64,000 nucleotides of DNA from Mobula hypostoma (lineage: Eukaryota): assembly GCF_963921235.1 (NCBI RefSeq), contig NC_086097.1, forward strand, positions 18,230,001 to 18,294,000, given 5' to 3'. Position numbers and translations under genes: made by a program. Below are positions 11,772 through 21,629 of this stretch, in pieces (positions within the stretch are counted from its first letter, which is position 1; each line of letters starts with the position of its first letter). The notes beneath the pieces are model-generated. The model was not told the DNA's origin and did not search any database. It saw only the letters and a list, made by a program, of their open reading frames with translations.

Positions 11772-13140
11772 GTCAGTAGTAGGTAAGTTATTGGAAGGAG
11801 TACTAAGAGACAGAATCTACAAGCATTTGGATAAACAGGGGCTTATTAGGGAGAGTCAACATGGCTTTGTGCATGGTAGGTCATGTTTGACCAATCTGTT
11901 GGAGTTTTTCGAGGAGGTTACCAGGAAACTGGATGAAGGGAAGGCAGTGGATGTTGTCTACATGGACTTCAGTAAGGCCTTTGACAAGGTCCCGCATGGG
12001 AGATTAGTTAGGAAAATTCAGTCGCTAGGTATACATGGAGAGGTGGTAAATTGGATTAGACATTGGCTTGATGGAAGAAGCCAGAGAGTGGTGGTAGAGA
12101 ATTGCTTCTCTGAGTGGAGGCCTGTGACTAGTGGTGTGCCACAGGGATCAGTGCTGGGTCCATTGTTATTTGTCATCCATATCAATGATCTGGATGGTAA
12201 TGTGGTAAATTGGATCAGCAAGTTTGCTGATGATACAAAGTTTGGAGGTGTAGTAGACAGTGAGGAAGGTTTTCAGAGCCTGCAGAGGGACTTGGACCAT
12301 CTGGAAAAATGGGCTGAAAAATGGCAGATGGAGCTTAATATTGACAAGTGTGAGGTATTGCACGTTGGAAGGACAAACCAACGTAGAATATACAGGGTTA
12401 ATGGTAAGGCACTGAGGAGTGCAGTGGAACAGAGGGATCGGGGAATACAGATACAAGATTCCCTAAAAGTGTCGTCACAGGTAGATAGGGTCGTAAAGAG
12501 AGCTTTTGGTACATTAGCCTTTATTAATCAAAGTATTGAGTATAAGAGCTGGAATGTTATGATGAGGTTGTATAAGGCATTGGTGAGGCCGAATCTGGAG
12601 TATTGTGTTCAGTTTTGGTCACCAAATTACAGGAAGGATATAAATAAGGTTGAAAGAGTGCAGAGAAGGTTTACAAGGATGTTGCCAGGACTTGAGAAAC
12701 TCAGTTACAGAGAAAGGTTGAATAGGTTAGGACTTTATTCCCTGGAGCGTAGAAGAATGAGGGGAGATTTGATAGAGGTATATAAAATTATGATGGGTAT
12801 AGATAGAGTGAATGCAAGCAGGCTTTTTCCACTGAGGCAAGGGGAGAAAAAAACCAGAGGACATGGGTTAAGGGTGAGGGGGGAAAAGTTGAAAGGGAAC
12901 ATTATGGGGGGCTTCTTCACACAGAGAGTGGTGGGAGCATGGAATGAGCTGCCAGACGAGGTGGTAAATGCGGGTTCTTTTTTAACATTTAAGAATAAAT
13001 TGGACAGATACATGGATGGGAGGTGTATGGAGGGATATGGTCCGTGTGCAGGTCAGTGGAACTAGGCAGAAAATGGTTCGGCACAGCCAAGAAGGGCCAA
13101 AGGACCTGTTTCTGTGCTGTAGTTTCTATGGTTCTATGGT
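11772..13140 (+). mobile_element. Young 5'-truncated CR1 LINE
   Basis: Uninterrupted 424-aa ORF to the natural stop, 3' UTR, and (GGTTCTAT)-type tail at 13121-13140. Confidence 0.97.
11791..13065 (+). CDS. CR1 ORF2 C-terminal part (reverse transcriptase; lacks the endonuclease because of 5' truncation)
   Basis: [53 protein letters not shown] motifs. Confidence 0.85.
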   Translation: MEGVLRDRIYKHLDKQGLIRESQHGFVHGRSCLTNLLEFFEEVTRKLDEGKAVDVVYMDFSKAFDKVPHGRLVRKIQSLGIHGEVVNWIRHWLDGRSQRVVVENCFSEWRPVTSGVPQGSVLGPLLFVIHINDLDGNVVNWISKFADDTKFGGVVDSEEGFQSLQRDLDHLEKWAEKWQMELNIDKCEVLHVGRTNQRRIYRVNGKALRSAVEQRDRGIQIQDSLKVSSQVDRVVKRAFGTLAFINQSIEYKSWNVMMRLYKALVRPNLEYCVQFWSPNYRKDINKVERVQRRFTRMLPGLEKLSYRERLNRLGLYSLERRRMRGDLIEVYKIMMGIDRVNASRLFPLRQGEKKTRGHGLRVRGEKLKGNIMGGFFTQRVVGAWNELPDEVVNAGSFLTFKNKLDRYMDGRCMEGYGPCAGQWN

Positions 13141-13409
13141 TAATGTACAAACTCCTTACAGACAGTGGTGGGAATTGATTTCTGACCTTACAGCCTGTGC
13201 TGAAAAGTGTTGTGCTAGCCCCTACGCCACTGTGCCGCCAGATTGCAACATTTACGGGAAGTTTGGATAAGTACGTGGATGAGAGGGTTATGAAGGGTTA
13301 TGGTCTGGGTGCTGGAGGATGGGACATGCCAGTAAAATAGGCTAGCACAGGTCGGCTGGGCTGAAGGGTCCGTTTCTGTGACTCTGTCTGCTCCATGACT
13401 CTGACTCAG

Positions 13410-14400
13410 AACAATCCCATCAAACCTGCTCCCACTTGTTTCATTATGTGCTGTGTCTTATGATGCAATGATCATGGTCTTCCATCTGTATCCATGACCA
13501 TGAATGTCCTTGGTAAATTTTTCTACAGAAGTGGTTTTCCAACTTTCCCGGGGTACAAGGCAAGGATGTCCATTAAGTCCTCCGTTATTTAAGTTGATGT
13601 TGGAACCCTTGGCTATTGCACTTCATGAAGCTAAAAATATTCAAGGAATTTCTATAAATGGGACTATTCATAAGATCTCCCTTTATGCGGATGATGTTTT
13701 GGTTTTTGTTTCGAATCCCGAAGAATCTATTCCTAGCTTATTGAAATTATTAAATGAATTTAGATTGTTTTCAGGATATAAATTAAACCTGCATAAAAAA
13801 GAAATTATTTCCTTTAAATGATTCCGCTTCTATATATGATGACACTCCTCTAAAAGTTACGGATTCTTTTAAATATTTAGGTATTATCATCACTAAAAAT
13901 TATGGAGACCTTTATAGAGTTAATTTAGTTCCCTTAGTGGATTTTATGAAGCAATTTTTTTCTAAATGGAATCCACTTACAATTTCGTTAGTATGTCGAA
14001 TTCATGCAGTTAAAATGATGATTTTACCAAAATTTTATATGTATTTCAAAACATTCCTATTTTTCTAACTAAGAAGTTTTTTGATCAGGTTGACTCTATT
14101 ATTTCATCTTTTGTTTGGAATAATAAAAGACCAAGAATTGGAAAATGTCATTTACAAAAATTAAAAAGAAGTTGTTTTCCATTGCCTTCTTCTGGACAGT
14201 GTCTTTACAAGATGGGTAACCCTAGCCATTATTAGCACTCTTCAGAGACTGTCTGCCTGGCATCAGTGGTCACATAACCAGCACTTGTGATATGCACCAG
14301 CTGCTCATACGACCATCCACCGATTGCTCCCATATCTTCACATGACCCCAGTGTTAAACCTTGCCCAAGGGTGACCTGCAGGCTAGCGGAGGCGAGGAGC
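13410..14400 (-). mobile_element. RTE/BovB-tail-type SINE split by an L1 fragment (second copy at 20436-20725, + strand)
   Basis: Reverse complement contains gaaggcaatggaaaac(c)acttctgtagaaaaattt..ccaagg..catggtcatgg, resembling the Bov-A/RTE 3' end. Confidence 0.6.
13542..14166 (+). pseudogene. L1-clade LINE reverse transcriptase fragment
   Basis: ORF 13504-13821: RGTRQGCPLSP, ISLYADD, FSGYKLN. Downstream sequence continues as FKYLGI in a shifted frame. 15-bp flanking duplication. Confidence 0.9.
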
Positions 14401-14784
14401 AAGAAGCAAGACAGCTAGTGGAAGGAGGTAAAGGGGAGATGTGAGACATAGTCTGGGAGGTGATGGGTGGAACCTGATGAGGTGAGGGATGATGGGCAGG
14501 TGGAGTCATGTGGAGAGGAGGGGCAGGAGAGTTTTGACTGACACGGGTAGATGACAGCAATTGGAATTGGAATTGGTTTAATATTAGCACATGTATCAAG
14601 ATACAGTGAAAAGCTTGTCTTGCACACTGTTCATACAGATCAGATAATTACACAGCGCACTGAAGTAGAAAAAGATACAACAATAACAATGCAGATAGAG
14701 AATTTAGATTTTAAGGTGTAGAATAATTATAATGAGCATCAGGGGAAAAACACATGGATACAGGACAAATGTGGAATCTCCACA

Positions 14785-15065
14785 GGACCATAATACATAG
14801 GAGCAGAATTAGGCCATTTGGCCCATTGAATGTACCACCATTCAATCATGGCTGATTTATTATCCTTCTCAACCCCATTCTTCTGCACTCTCCCCAAAAC
14901 CTTTGGAGCCCTTACTAATCAAGAACCTAACAACCTCATCATTGGTGGCAATGAATTCCACAGATTCACCACACTCTGGCTAAAGAAATTCCTCCTCATT
15001 TCTGTTGTAAAGGGAGGTCCCTCTATTCTCAAGCTATGCCCTCTCTTCATATTCACTCTATCTAG
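14785..15065 (-). mobile_element. CR1 3' fragment
   Basis: GNEFHRFTTLWLKKF antisense pattern plus the CR1 3' UTR. Confidence 0.75.
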
Positions 15066-15067
15066 GC

Positions 15068-15147
15068 CAGGGGTTCCCAAACATTTTTATGCCATGCACC
15101 AATACCATTAAGTACAGGGTCTGTGGACCCCAGGTTTGGAGCCCATG
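15068..15147. mobile_element. 80-bp hAT (Charlie-like) MITE
   Basis: Terminal inverted repeats (TIRs) caggggttcccaaac / gtttggagcccatg. 8-bp TSD atctaggc (15060-15067) / atctagga (15148-15155). Confidence 0.8.
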
Positions 15148-15304
15148 ATCTAGGAGATTCAATGCCACACCAAGCCAAGGTCCATATCAAATATGAGCAG
15201 CTGGAGCTGCTGAGGCAATATCAGCACTTCAGCTCTTAAGCATATTCTGTTGGTATCACCTCAGCCCATCTAGTCCATGCTGCTTTCTTAAATATATACA
15301 GATA

Positions 15305-15306
<2 letters not shown>

Positions 15307-15350
<44 letters not shown>

Positions 15351-15360
15351 CGCGCGCGCG
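15307..15360. repeat. (TG)n(CG)n alternating purine-pyrimidine microsatellite
   Basis: About 17 TG units followed by about 9-10 CG units. Confidence 0.95.
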
Positions 15361-15942
15361 GTTTCTTAAGGTTGTTTTAACTGGGGGTGGTAGTGTGGAT
15401 AAGCTCCCACTGCTGATTAAATGCTCCCGAGGGCATGCACCTCAAATGACCTCTGACAACCAACTCCAGCTCCAGGCCTTCGCCTGTGGCTTAGCTGCTA
15501 AGTCTGACAGGAATCTTTCTACTGACAGGAGTCGGAGCAAAAGTGACATCTTAAAACCAGTCACTTCGGACAGATGGGAATTGTCAGCTGTGGTTGGCAG
15601 CTCATCTAGGTGAAAGGAAACTGTGATCTCAAACTTCTGCTGCCTTATGCTATACTAACTCATGGAGAAGGCTTTGGGAATAAACCCCAAGGGAAAAATC
15701 CAGGGCTAGAGTTCCTGAGGCATCCTTACATTGAGTTCAACGCTGACTGGCAAATCCTGCGATGCTAAACTGTATCGGTCTCTGCCGTTCCTTTGGGTTC
15801 ATCAGATGTATGGGGGGGGGTGCTTGCTACATGGACAACAGCTTGCTCTCCATATTTTATATATGGTACAGCCCTGACTTGCATACTAAGACAGCTAGGC
15901 AACAACTTTCATATTTAACCCTGACCAACAGAGGCCTCAGAT

Positions 15943-15944
<2 letters not shown>
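15360..15944 (+). mobile_element. ~580-bp non-coding retroelement (probably RTE-related), copy 1
   Basis: Colinear with the reverse complement of 16805-17376. Flanked by TG microsatellites. Confidence 0.7.
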
Positions 15945-15999
<55 letters not shown>

Positions 16000-16115
16000 T
16001 GTGTGTGTGTCTGTATGTATGTGTGTATCTGTGTGTGTGTGTGTATCTGCATGTGTCTGTGTGTGCCTGTGTGTGTAAATGTGTGTGTGTGTGTCTGTAT
16101 GTGTGTGTGTGTGTA

Positions 16116-16146
<31 letters not shown>

Positions 16147-16147
16147 C

Positions 16148-16180
<33 letters not shown>

Positions 16181-16309
16181 CTGTGTGTATCTGTGTGTGT
16201 GTGTGTGTGTGTCTGTATGTGTGTGTGTGTGTGTGTGTGTCTGCGTGTGTCTGTGTGTGCCTGTGTGTGTAAATGTGTGTGTGTGTGTCTGTATGTGTGT
16301 GTGTGTGTA

Positions 16310-16347
<38 letters not shown>

Positions 16348-16405
16348 TGTATGTGTGTGTGTGTGTGTGTGCCTGTGTGTATCTGTGTCTGTGTGTGTGT
16401 GTGTC

Positions 16406-16458
<53 letters not shown>
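15945..16458. repeat. Compound (TG)n microsatellite with higher-order interruptions
   Basis: Directly visible. Source of the spurious CV-repeat ORFs. Confidence 0.98.
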
Positions 16459-16461
<3 letters not shown>

Positions 16462-16804
16462 AACTTGTAAGAGATTAGGTCGCCTCGAAGGGTGAAGATC
16501 TAAACTGCTGCTTAGGCTGTATACTTAGCAGACTGAAGCCTATTGTGACTTCATTGTGGGTATCACATTATTGACTCATTCAACAGCCGACTCTAGAAAG
16601 ATGTAACTGAGCTATAGGTTCGTTATTTGTGTGGTTCAGCTCAGCCTATGGAAATGTGGACAGAACGGCTGCCAGGAATCTGGTGATGACCATCAAAATA
16701 AGACTGCACTCTCACTTGCGGGGTTCTTCACATTTAGGCCTGCTATCTGTCTTGCCATGAACCCTGTGCATGTCACCTCAGAATCAGGTATATGATCTCT
16801 GACA

Positions 16805-17376
16805 ATGAGGGTCAGGGTCGAGCATGGATGTTGTGTCGCTGCTGTCTATGTGATACACAAGTCAGTACGATAAGGAGAGCAGGCTGTTCCCCATGTAGCA
16901 GGCTCGCCCTCTCCACGCAGCCGATGAATCCAAAGGAACGGCAGACATTGATACACCAGCAGCGTTGCAGGAGTTGCCACTCAGCATTGCACCCAATGTA
17001 GGACTGCCTGAGAGACTCCAGCTCCAGATTTTTCCATGAGGTTTACTCCTGAAGCCTTCCCCATGAGTGGGTACAGCCACAAAGCAGCAGAGGTTTGAGA
17101 TCAGAGTTTTCCTTCTCTGAGATGAGCTGCCAGCCACAGCTGACGAGCCCCATCAGCCTGAAGTGGCTATTCTTAAGGCACGAGTAACCTGCCTTTGCCC
17201 CTTCTCTTGTCAGTAGAAATGGCTCCGCCAGGTTTAGTAGCTAAGCCACAAGTGAAGGTCAGGAGTTGGACTTGGTTGTCAGAGGCTATTCGAAATGCAC
17301 ACCATTGGGAGCATTTAATAGTTAGTGGGAGTCTTTCGCCACTACCACCCCCCGGCTATAACAACCTTAAAGAACC
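16805..17376 (-). mobile_element. ~570-bp non-coding retroelement, copy 2, inserted in a Rex-tail repeat
   Basis: TSD (c)tgaca at 16799-16804 / 17376-17381. The host 'tcagaatcagg..tgacatgtgctgtgaaatttg' rejoins. Confidence 0.75.
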
Positions 17377-17444
17377 TGACATGTGCTGTGAAATTTGTTG
17401 TTTTACACCAGCAGTGTGCTGCAAGACATATAAAAAAAAATTTT

Positions 17445-18126
17445 TAGATTATGAGAACACTCAGTCCTCTTTTATTGTCATTTAGAAATGCATACATGCA
17501 TTAAGAAATGATACAATGTTTCTCCAGAGTGATTATCACAGAAAACAGGGCAAACCAAAGACTAACACTGACAGAACCACATAATTATAACATATAGCTA
17601 CAGCAGTGCAAAGCAATACAATAATTTGATGAAGAACAAACCATGGGCAAGGTAAATAAAGTCTCAAAAGTCCCCGAGTCGATTGACTCCCGAGTCCCCA
17701 ATAGCGGCGGCAAAAGGGAGAAACTCCCTGCCATAAACCTGCAGGGTCCGTCAACTTGCCGATGCCTTGGATGCAGCCGACCCCAGCCGACACTGAGCCC
17801 GTCTGTCTGAAAACTTCGAGCCTCCGACCAGCCTCTCCGATACAGCCTCCCGAGCACCATCCTCTGCCGAGCGCCTCGACCTCTCCCCGGCCGCTGAAAC
17901 ACGTAAAGCCGAGGATTTTGGGGCCTTCAGCTCCAGAGATTCCGGTTACCACACAGTAGCAGCGGCAGTGAAGTGGGCATTTCAGAAGTTTTCCCGATGT
18001 TCCTCCATACTCTCAAGTCTGTCTCCATCAGATCAGGATTGTGCACGGTCCCCTACTTAGACAGATTACAGACATCACCACCGAAGTGGCCACGCGCGCT
18101 GCCGTCGCGCCACCATCTTCTTCTCC
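17445..18126 (-). mobile_element. Non-autonomous retroelement (~680 bp) with CpG-rich head
   Basis: Minus-strand head ggagaagaagatggtggcgcgacggcagcgcgcg. 3' end tgacaataaaagaggactgagtgttctcataatct. Splits a Rex-type fragment. Confidence 0.6.
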
Positions 18127-18889
18127 TTACTAAATGTTACAAAAATTAATAAATAGTGCCAAAGAGGAAAAATAAGTTTGTGGGCTGTTTACAAAGCTGA
18201 TGATGGAGGGGGAAAAGCTGTTCCTAAAATGTTGATCATGGGTCAGCCCATGGACTGCTTCACTTTGATGGAATGTTTGGGTCCCTGGATGATGGGAAGG
18301 GAGAAGTTAGAAGAACCGTTGCATCTCCTGTGGCGATCTCCATCCCAGTCCCACACTCAGCTTTCTGTCTGTGGTCCCGTCACTTTTATAACAAGGCACG
18401 ACATTGCAGGACAGCACTTCATCTTCTTTGTGGGCACATCGCAGTGTTCTGGACATAATATTACATTCTGCAACTTTAGATAATTTTCTTTCTCTGTACC
18501 AGATCTGACCATTTATGCTGTAATTATCTCTAAGTCATTTGTCTCTAATATTGGCTCAGTTTTTCTCCCTTGTTTAACACAGCCTGATTTGCCAAGCATG
18601 TCCAACATCTCTGCGTTTCACTAATTCTCTCAATAAATCCATTGACTGAATGACTGAAACTTATCCTCAGTGTTACACAGCCTTGTTCTTTCACCTATCC
18701 ATTCCTTCTCCATTCTGCCTGTAACTTAAAATTAACTTGATTTTTTTTTTCTTTTCCCCAGTTCCGATGGAGGTCTTTAACCTGAAATGTTAACTCTGTT
18801 TCTCACAGATGCTGTCTGACCTGTTAAGAGTCTCGAGCATTTTTGTTTATTTTTACTTCAGATTTCCAGCATCTGCAGCTTTAAAAAAA

Positions 18890-19735
18890 ATAGATAGATA
18901 GATAGATAGATATACTTTATTAATCCCAAGGGAAATTTGGTTTTGTTACAGCCGCACCAACCAAGAATAGAGCGTAAATATAACAATACAAAAAACCCCA
19001 ACAATCAAACACCAAAATGCAAACTATGCCAGATGGAAAATAAGTCCAGGACCAGTCTATTGGTTCAGGGTGTCTGACCCTCCACGGGAGGAGCTGCATG
19101 TTCGATGGCCACAGGCAGGAGCGACCTCCCGTGCCGCCAAGTGTTGTATCACGGTGGAATGTGGCCGAAGTCCAACAGTGAAAAGTTCAATATCCAGTCT
19201 GCAAACATGTTCCTCAATCGTAATATACCCCGGATTGCACCATCCGTTGTTAGCCAGAACAGTAAGCACCCAAATCCTTTACGCTTACCGCTCTCAGTGC
19301 ACTTCCGGTCAGCCGGAACGGTATTACCCATCGAACTCCTCTTCTTCAAAAGTCTCTGTTGTTTCGACCCGGTCCTTTTTCCTCGGCTTTGTGATCCCCC
19401 TCTGTGTGTTTTCCTCCGGATTTCAGCAGGGGTGTCCACCGCTCGGTTCGCTAAACTGACCGGTCTTTGCCGGTCCGTGGAATACACAATGCAATCTTGC
19501 TTCTGTCCCACGTGTCGGGATGTAACCATTTCCAGCACTAAAGAAAACCCAAGTAAAACTCTCTCTACCAGCATGTTAGAGAGGGTGCAGCTTCGACGTG
19601 TTACTGTGAGAAAAAAAATACAAAAAATAACATAAATTAAAAAGTAAGAAGAAGAAAGTAAGAATAGATCGGATTGGCTGTACCAGGCTGCATGCATGAC
19701 CGGCGCATGCGCACTCCACCTCCAAATCACCTCCA
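18890..19735 (-). mobile_element. Internally deleted (bipartite) Rex1/Babar derivative with (TCTA)n tail
   Basis: Minus strand: N-terminal-like RRKTHRGG..KRTGSKQQRLLKKR joined to a C-terminal-like HIPP..RSLLPVAI..GGSDTL segment. (GATA)n at 18890-18912. Confidence 0.65.
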
Positions 19736-20147
19736 AAATAAACCTGGTGAATCTCAGTAACATTTCTTCTGTTGCCTATATCTTTTCTCAAGTAGGGAGA
19801 TAAATCTATGCACCATATTCCAGATGCAATCTTACAATTTTCCCACCTATTTGAAGAAAATCTCCTTTACACTCGTACTCAAATCCTCTTACAATCAGGT
19901 CCAATATTTTTTTGCTTCCTAGACCTCTATGTATGTTTATTTCAGGCACATGAACACACAGGTCCCTCTGAGTACCAACAGCTTTCAATCTCTCACCATT
20001 TAAAAAATACTGTGTTTTTCTATTTGTGTTACTAAAATCAACAATCTCATATTTTCCCATATTATATTCTCCCTTCCATATGAATGCCCATTCACCAAGC
20101 CTGTCTATATTCCCCTAATATCTATACTGAATGGTTGAACAGGTTAG

Positions 20148-20410
20148 CAACAAGAGAAAATCTGCGGATGCTGGAAATCCAAGCAACACACGCACAATGC
20201 TGGAGGAAGGCAGGGACCTATGGAAAAGAGAACAGTTGACCTTTCGGGCCGAGACCCTTCAGCAGGACTGGATTAAAATAAGATGAGGGGTCAGAGCTAG
20301 AAGGTGCAGGTGGGAGGGGGGAGGGGAAGAAGAAATACAAGGTGATAGGTGAACGTGGGAGGAGGAGGGTTAAAGAGCCGGGAAGTTGATTGGTGACAGA
20401 GATACACACT
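20148..20410 (-). mobile_element. Penelope-like 3' end
   Basis: Reverse complement cagtc ctgctga agggtctcggccc gaaa ggtc aactg (20233-20270) plus the ccagcatccgcagattttctcttg tail. Confidence 0.8.
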
Positions 20411-20727
20411 TCCTTCTCCAGCCCTGTATCTATTCCCCACTGATCAGGGTCACATGAACCCATGGGAGCAGGTGGCGGATGGTCGTATGAACAGCTTTCA
20501 ATCTCTCACCATATCGCAAGTCCTGGTTATGCAACCACTGACGCCAGGCAGACAATCTCCAAAAAGTATTTATAATAATTGAGTTCACCTGTCTTGGAAA
20601 GGCACTGCCAGGAAGAAGGAAATAACTGCATACCACGTCTGTAGAAAAATTTGCCAAGAACAATCATGGTCGTGGAAAGACCCATGATCGCCCACGTCTT
20701 GTGACACTGTACAGAATGAAGGAACAA

Positions 20728-21075
20728 ACGATAGACAGGGTAATTGAAGCAGGCTTTTTCCACTGAGGTTAGGTGAGACTGGAACAAGATGTCATGGGTC
20801 GAGGGTGACAGCTGAAATGTTTAAGAGGAATATAAGGGGGATCTTCTTCACTCAGAGAGTGGTGAGAGTGTGGAATGAGCATTCAGTGGAAGTGGTGAAT
20901 GCAGGTTTGATTTCAACATTTAAGAGCAATTTGGCTAGGCACATGGATGGGAGCAGTAAATGGAGGGCCATGGTCCGGGTGCAGGTCGATGGGAATGGGC
21001 AGAATAATATTTCAGCAAGGACTGGATGGGCTGAAGAGCTTGTTTCTGTGCTATAGTGTTCTATGACCCTATGAC
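20728..21075 (+). mobile_element. CR1 3' fragment
   Basis: ORF 20805-21056 FFTQRVVRVWNE. ttctatgacc tail. Confidence 0.85.
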
Positions 21076-21629
21076 CCCTCTGCATCTGCCTCACAACCCG
21101 TAGTGACTGCAGGCTTTATCTTATCTGCATTGCAGACAGTTGTGCCTCAGTATGCTCCCTGTGGCACGACAATGATCCCACTCATATTCAAGCCATTTAG
21201 AATATTTTTCTATTTTCTCTGCATTAAATAATCCTCAATCTATGCCAGTATAACATCTCAATACCAGGCACATTAAATTTTGTTAATAAATTCTTTTACA
21301 ACCCTCATTAAAGGCCTTCTGAAAGCTCAAATACACCACAAACAATTGGTTCTCTTTTATTAATTCTTTGAAGTACAACCTCAAAAATCTCCAGGATTGT
21401 CAAATAGATTTAGATTTTTATAAACCCATATTATCTCTGTCTAATCCTACTATTTCTTTTTCCCTAGATGACCTGTTACCACTTTCATAATAATGGATTT
21501 TCACTGTGACTGCTATCAGGCTAATTTATAGTTTCTTTTATTCTTTCTCTCTTCCTTCTTCAATTATGTTAGCTACCATTCAATCTGTGTGAACTGTTTG
21601 GGAATCAATAAGATCTTTGAAGATGAAAG

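Larger units (their letters stand above)
11355..13410 (+). mobile_element. Old CR1 3' fragment (11355-11548 + 13241-13410) split by a V-SINE (11555-11761 + 13142-13238, minus strand)
   Basis: The CR1 and SINE halves each rejoin colinearly across the nested inserts. Confidence 0.75.

Noticed and set aside
15945..16495. Cys/Val-rich ORFs (also 61496-62267)
   Set aside because: Translations of (TG)n/(CA)n microsatellites.
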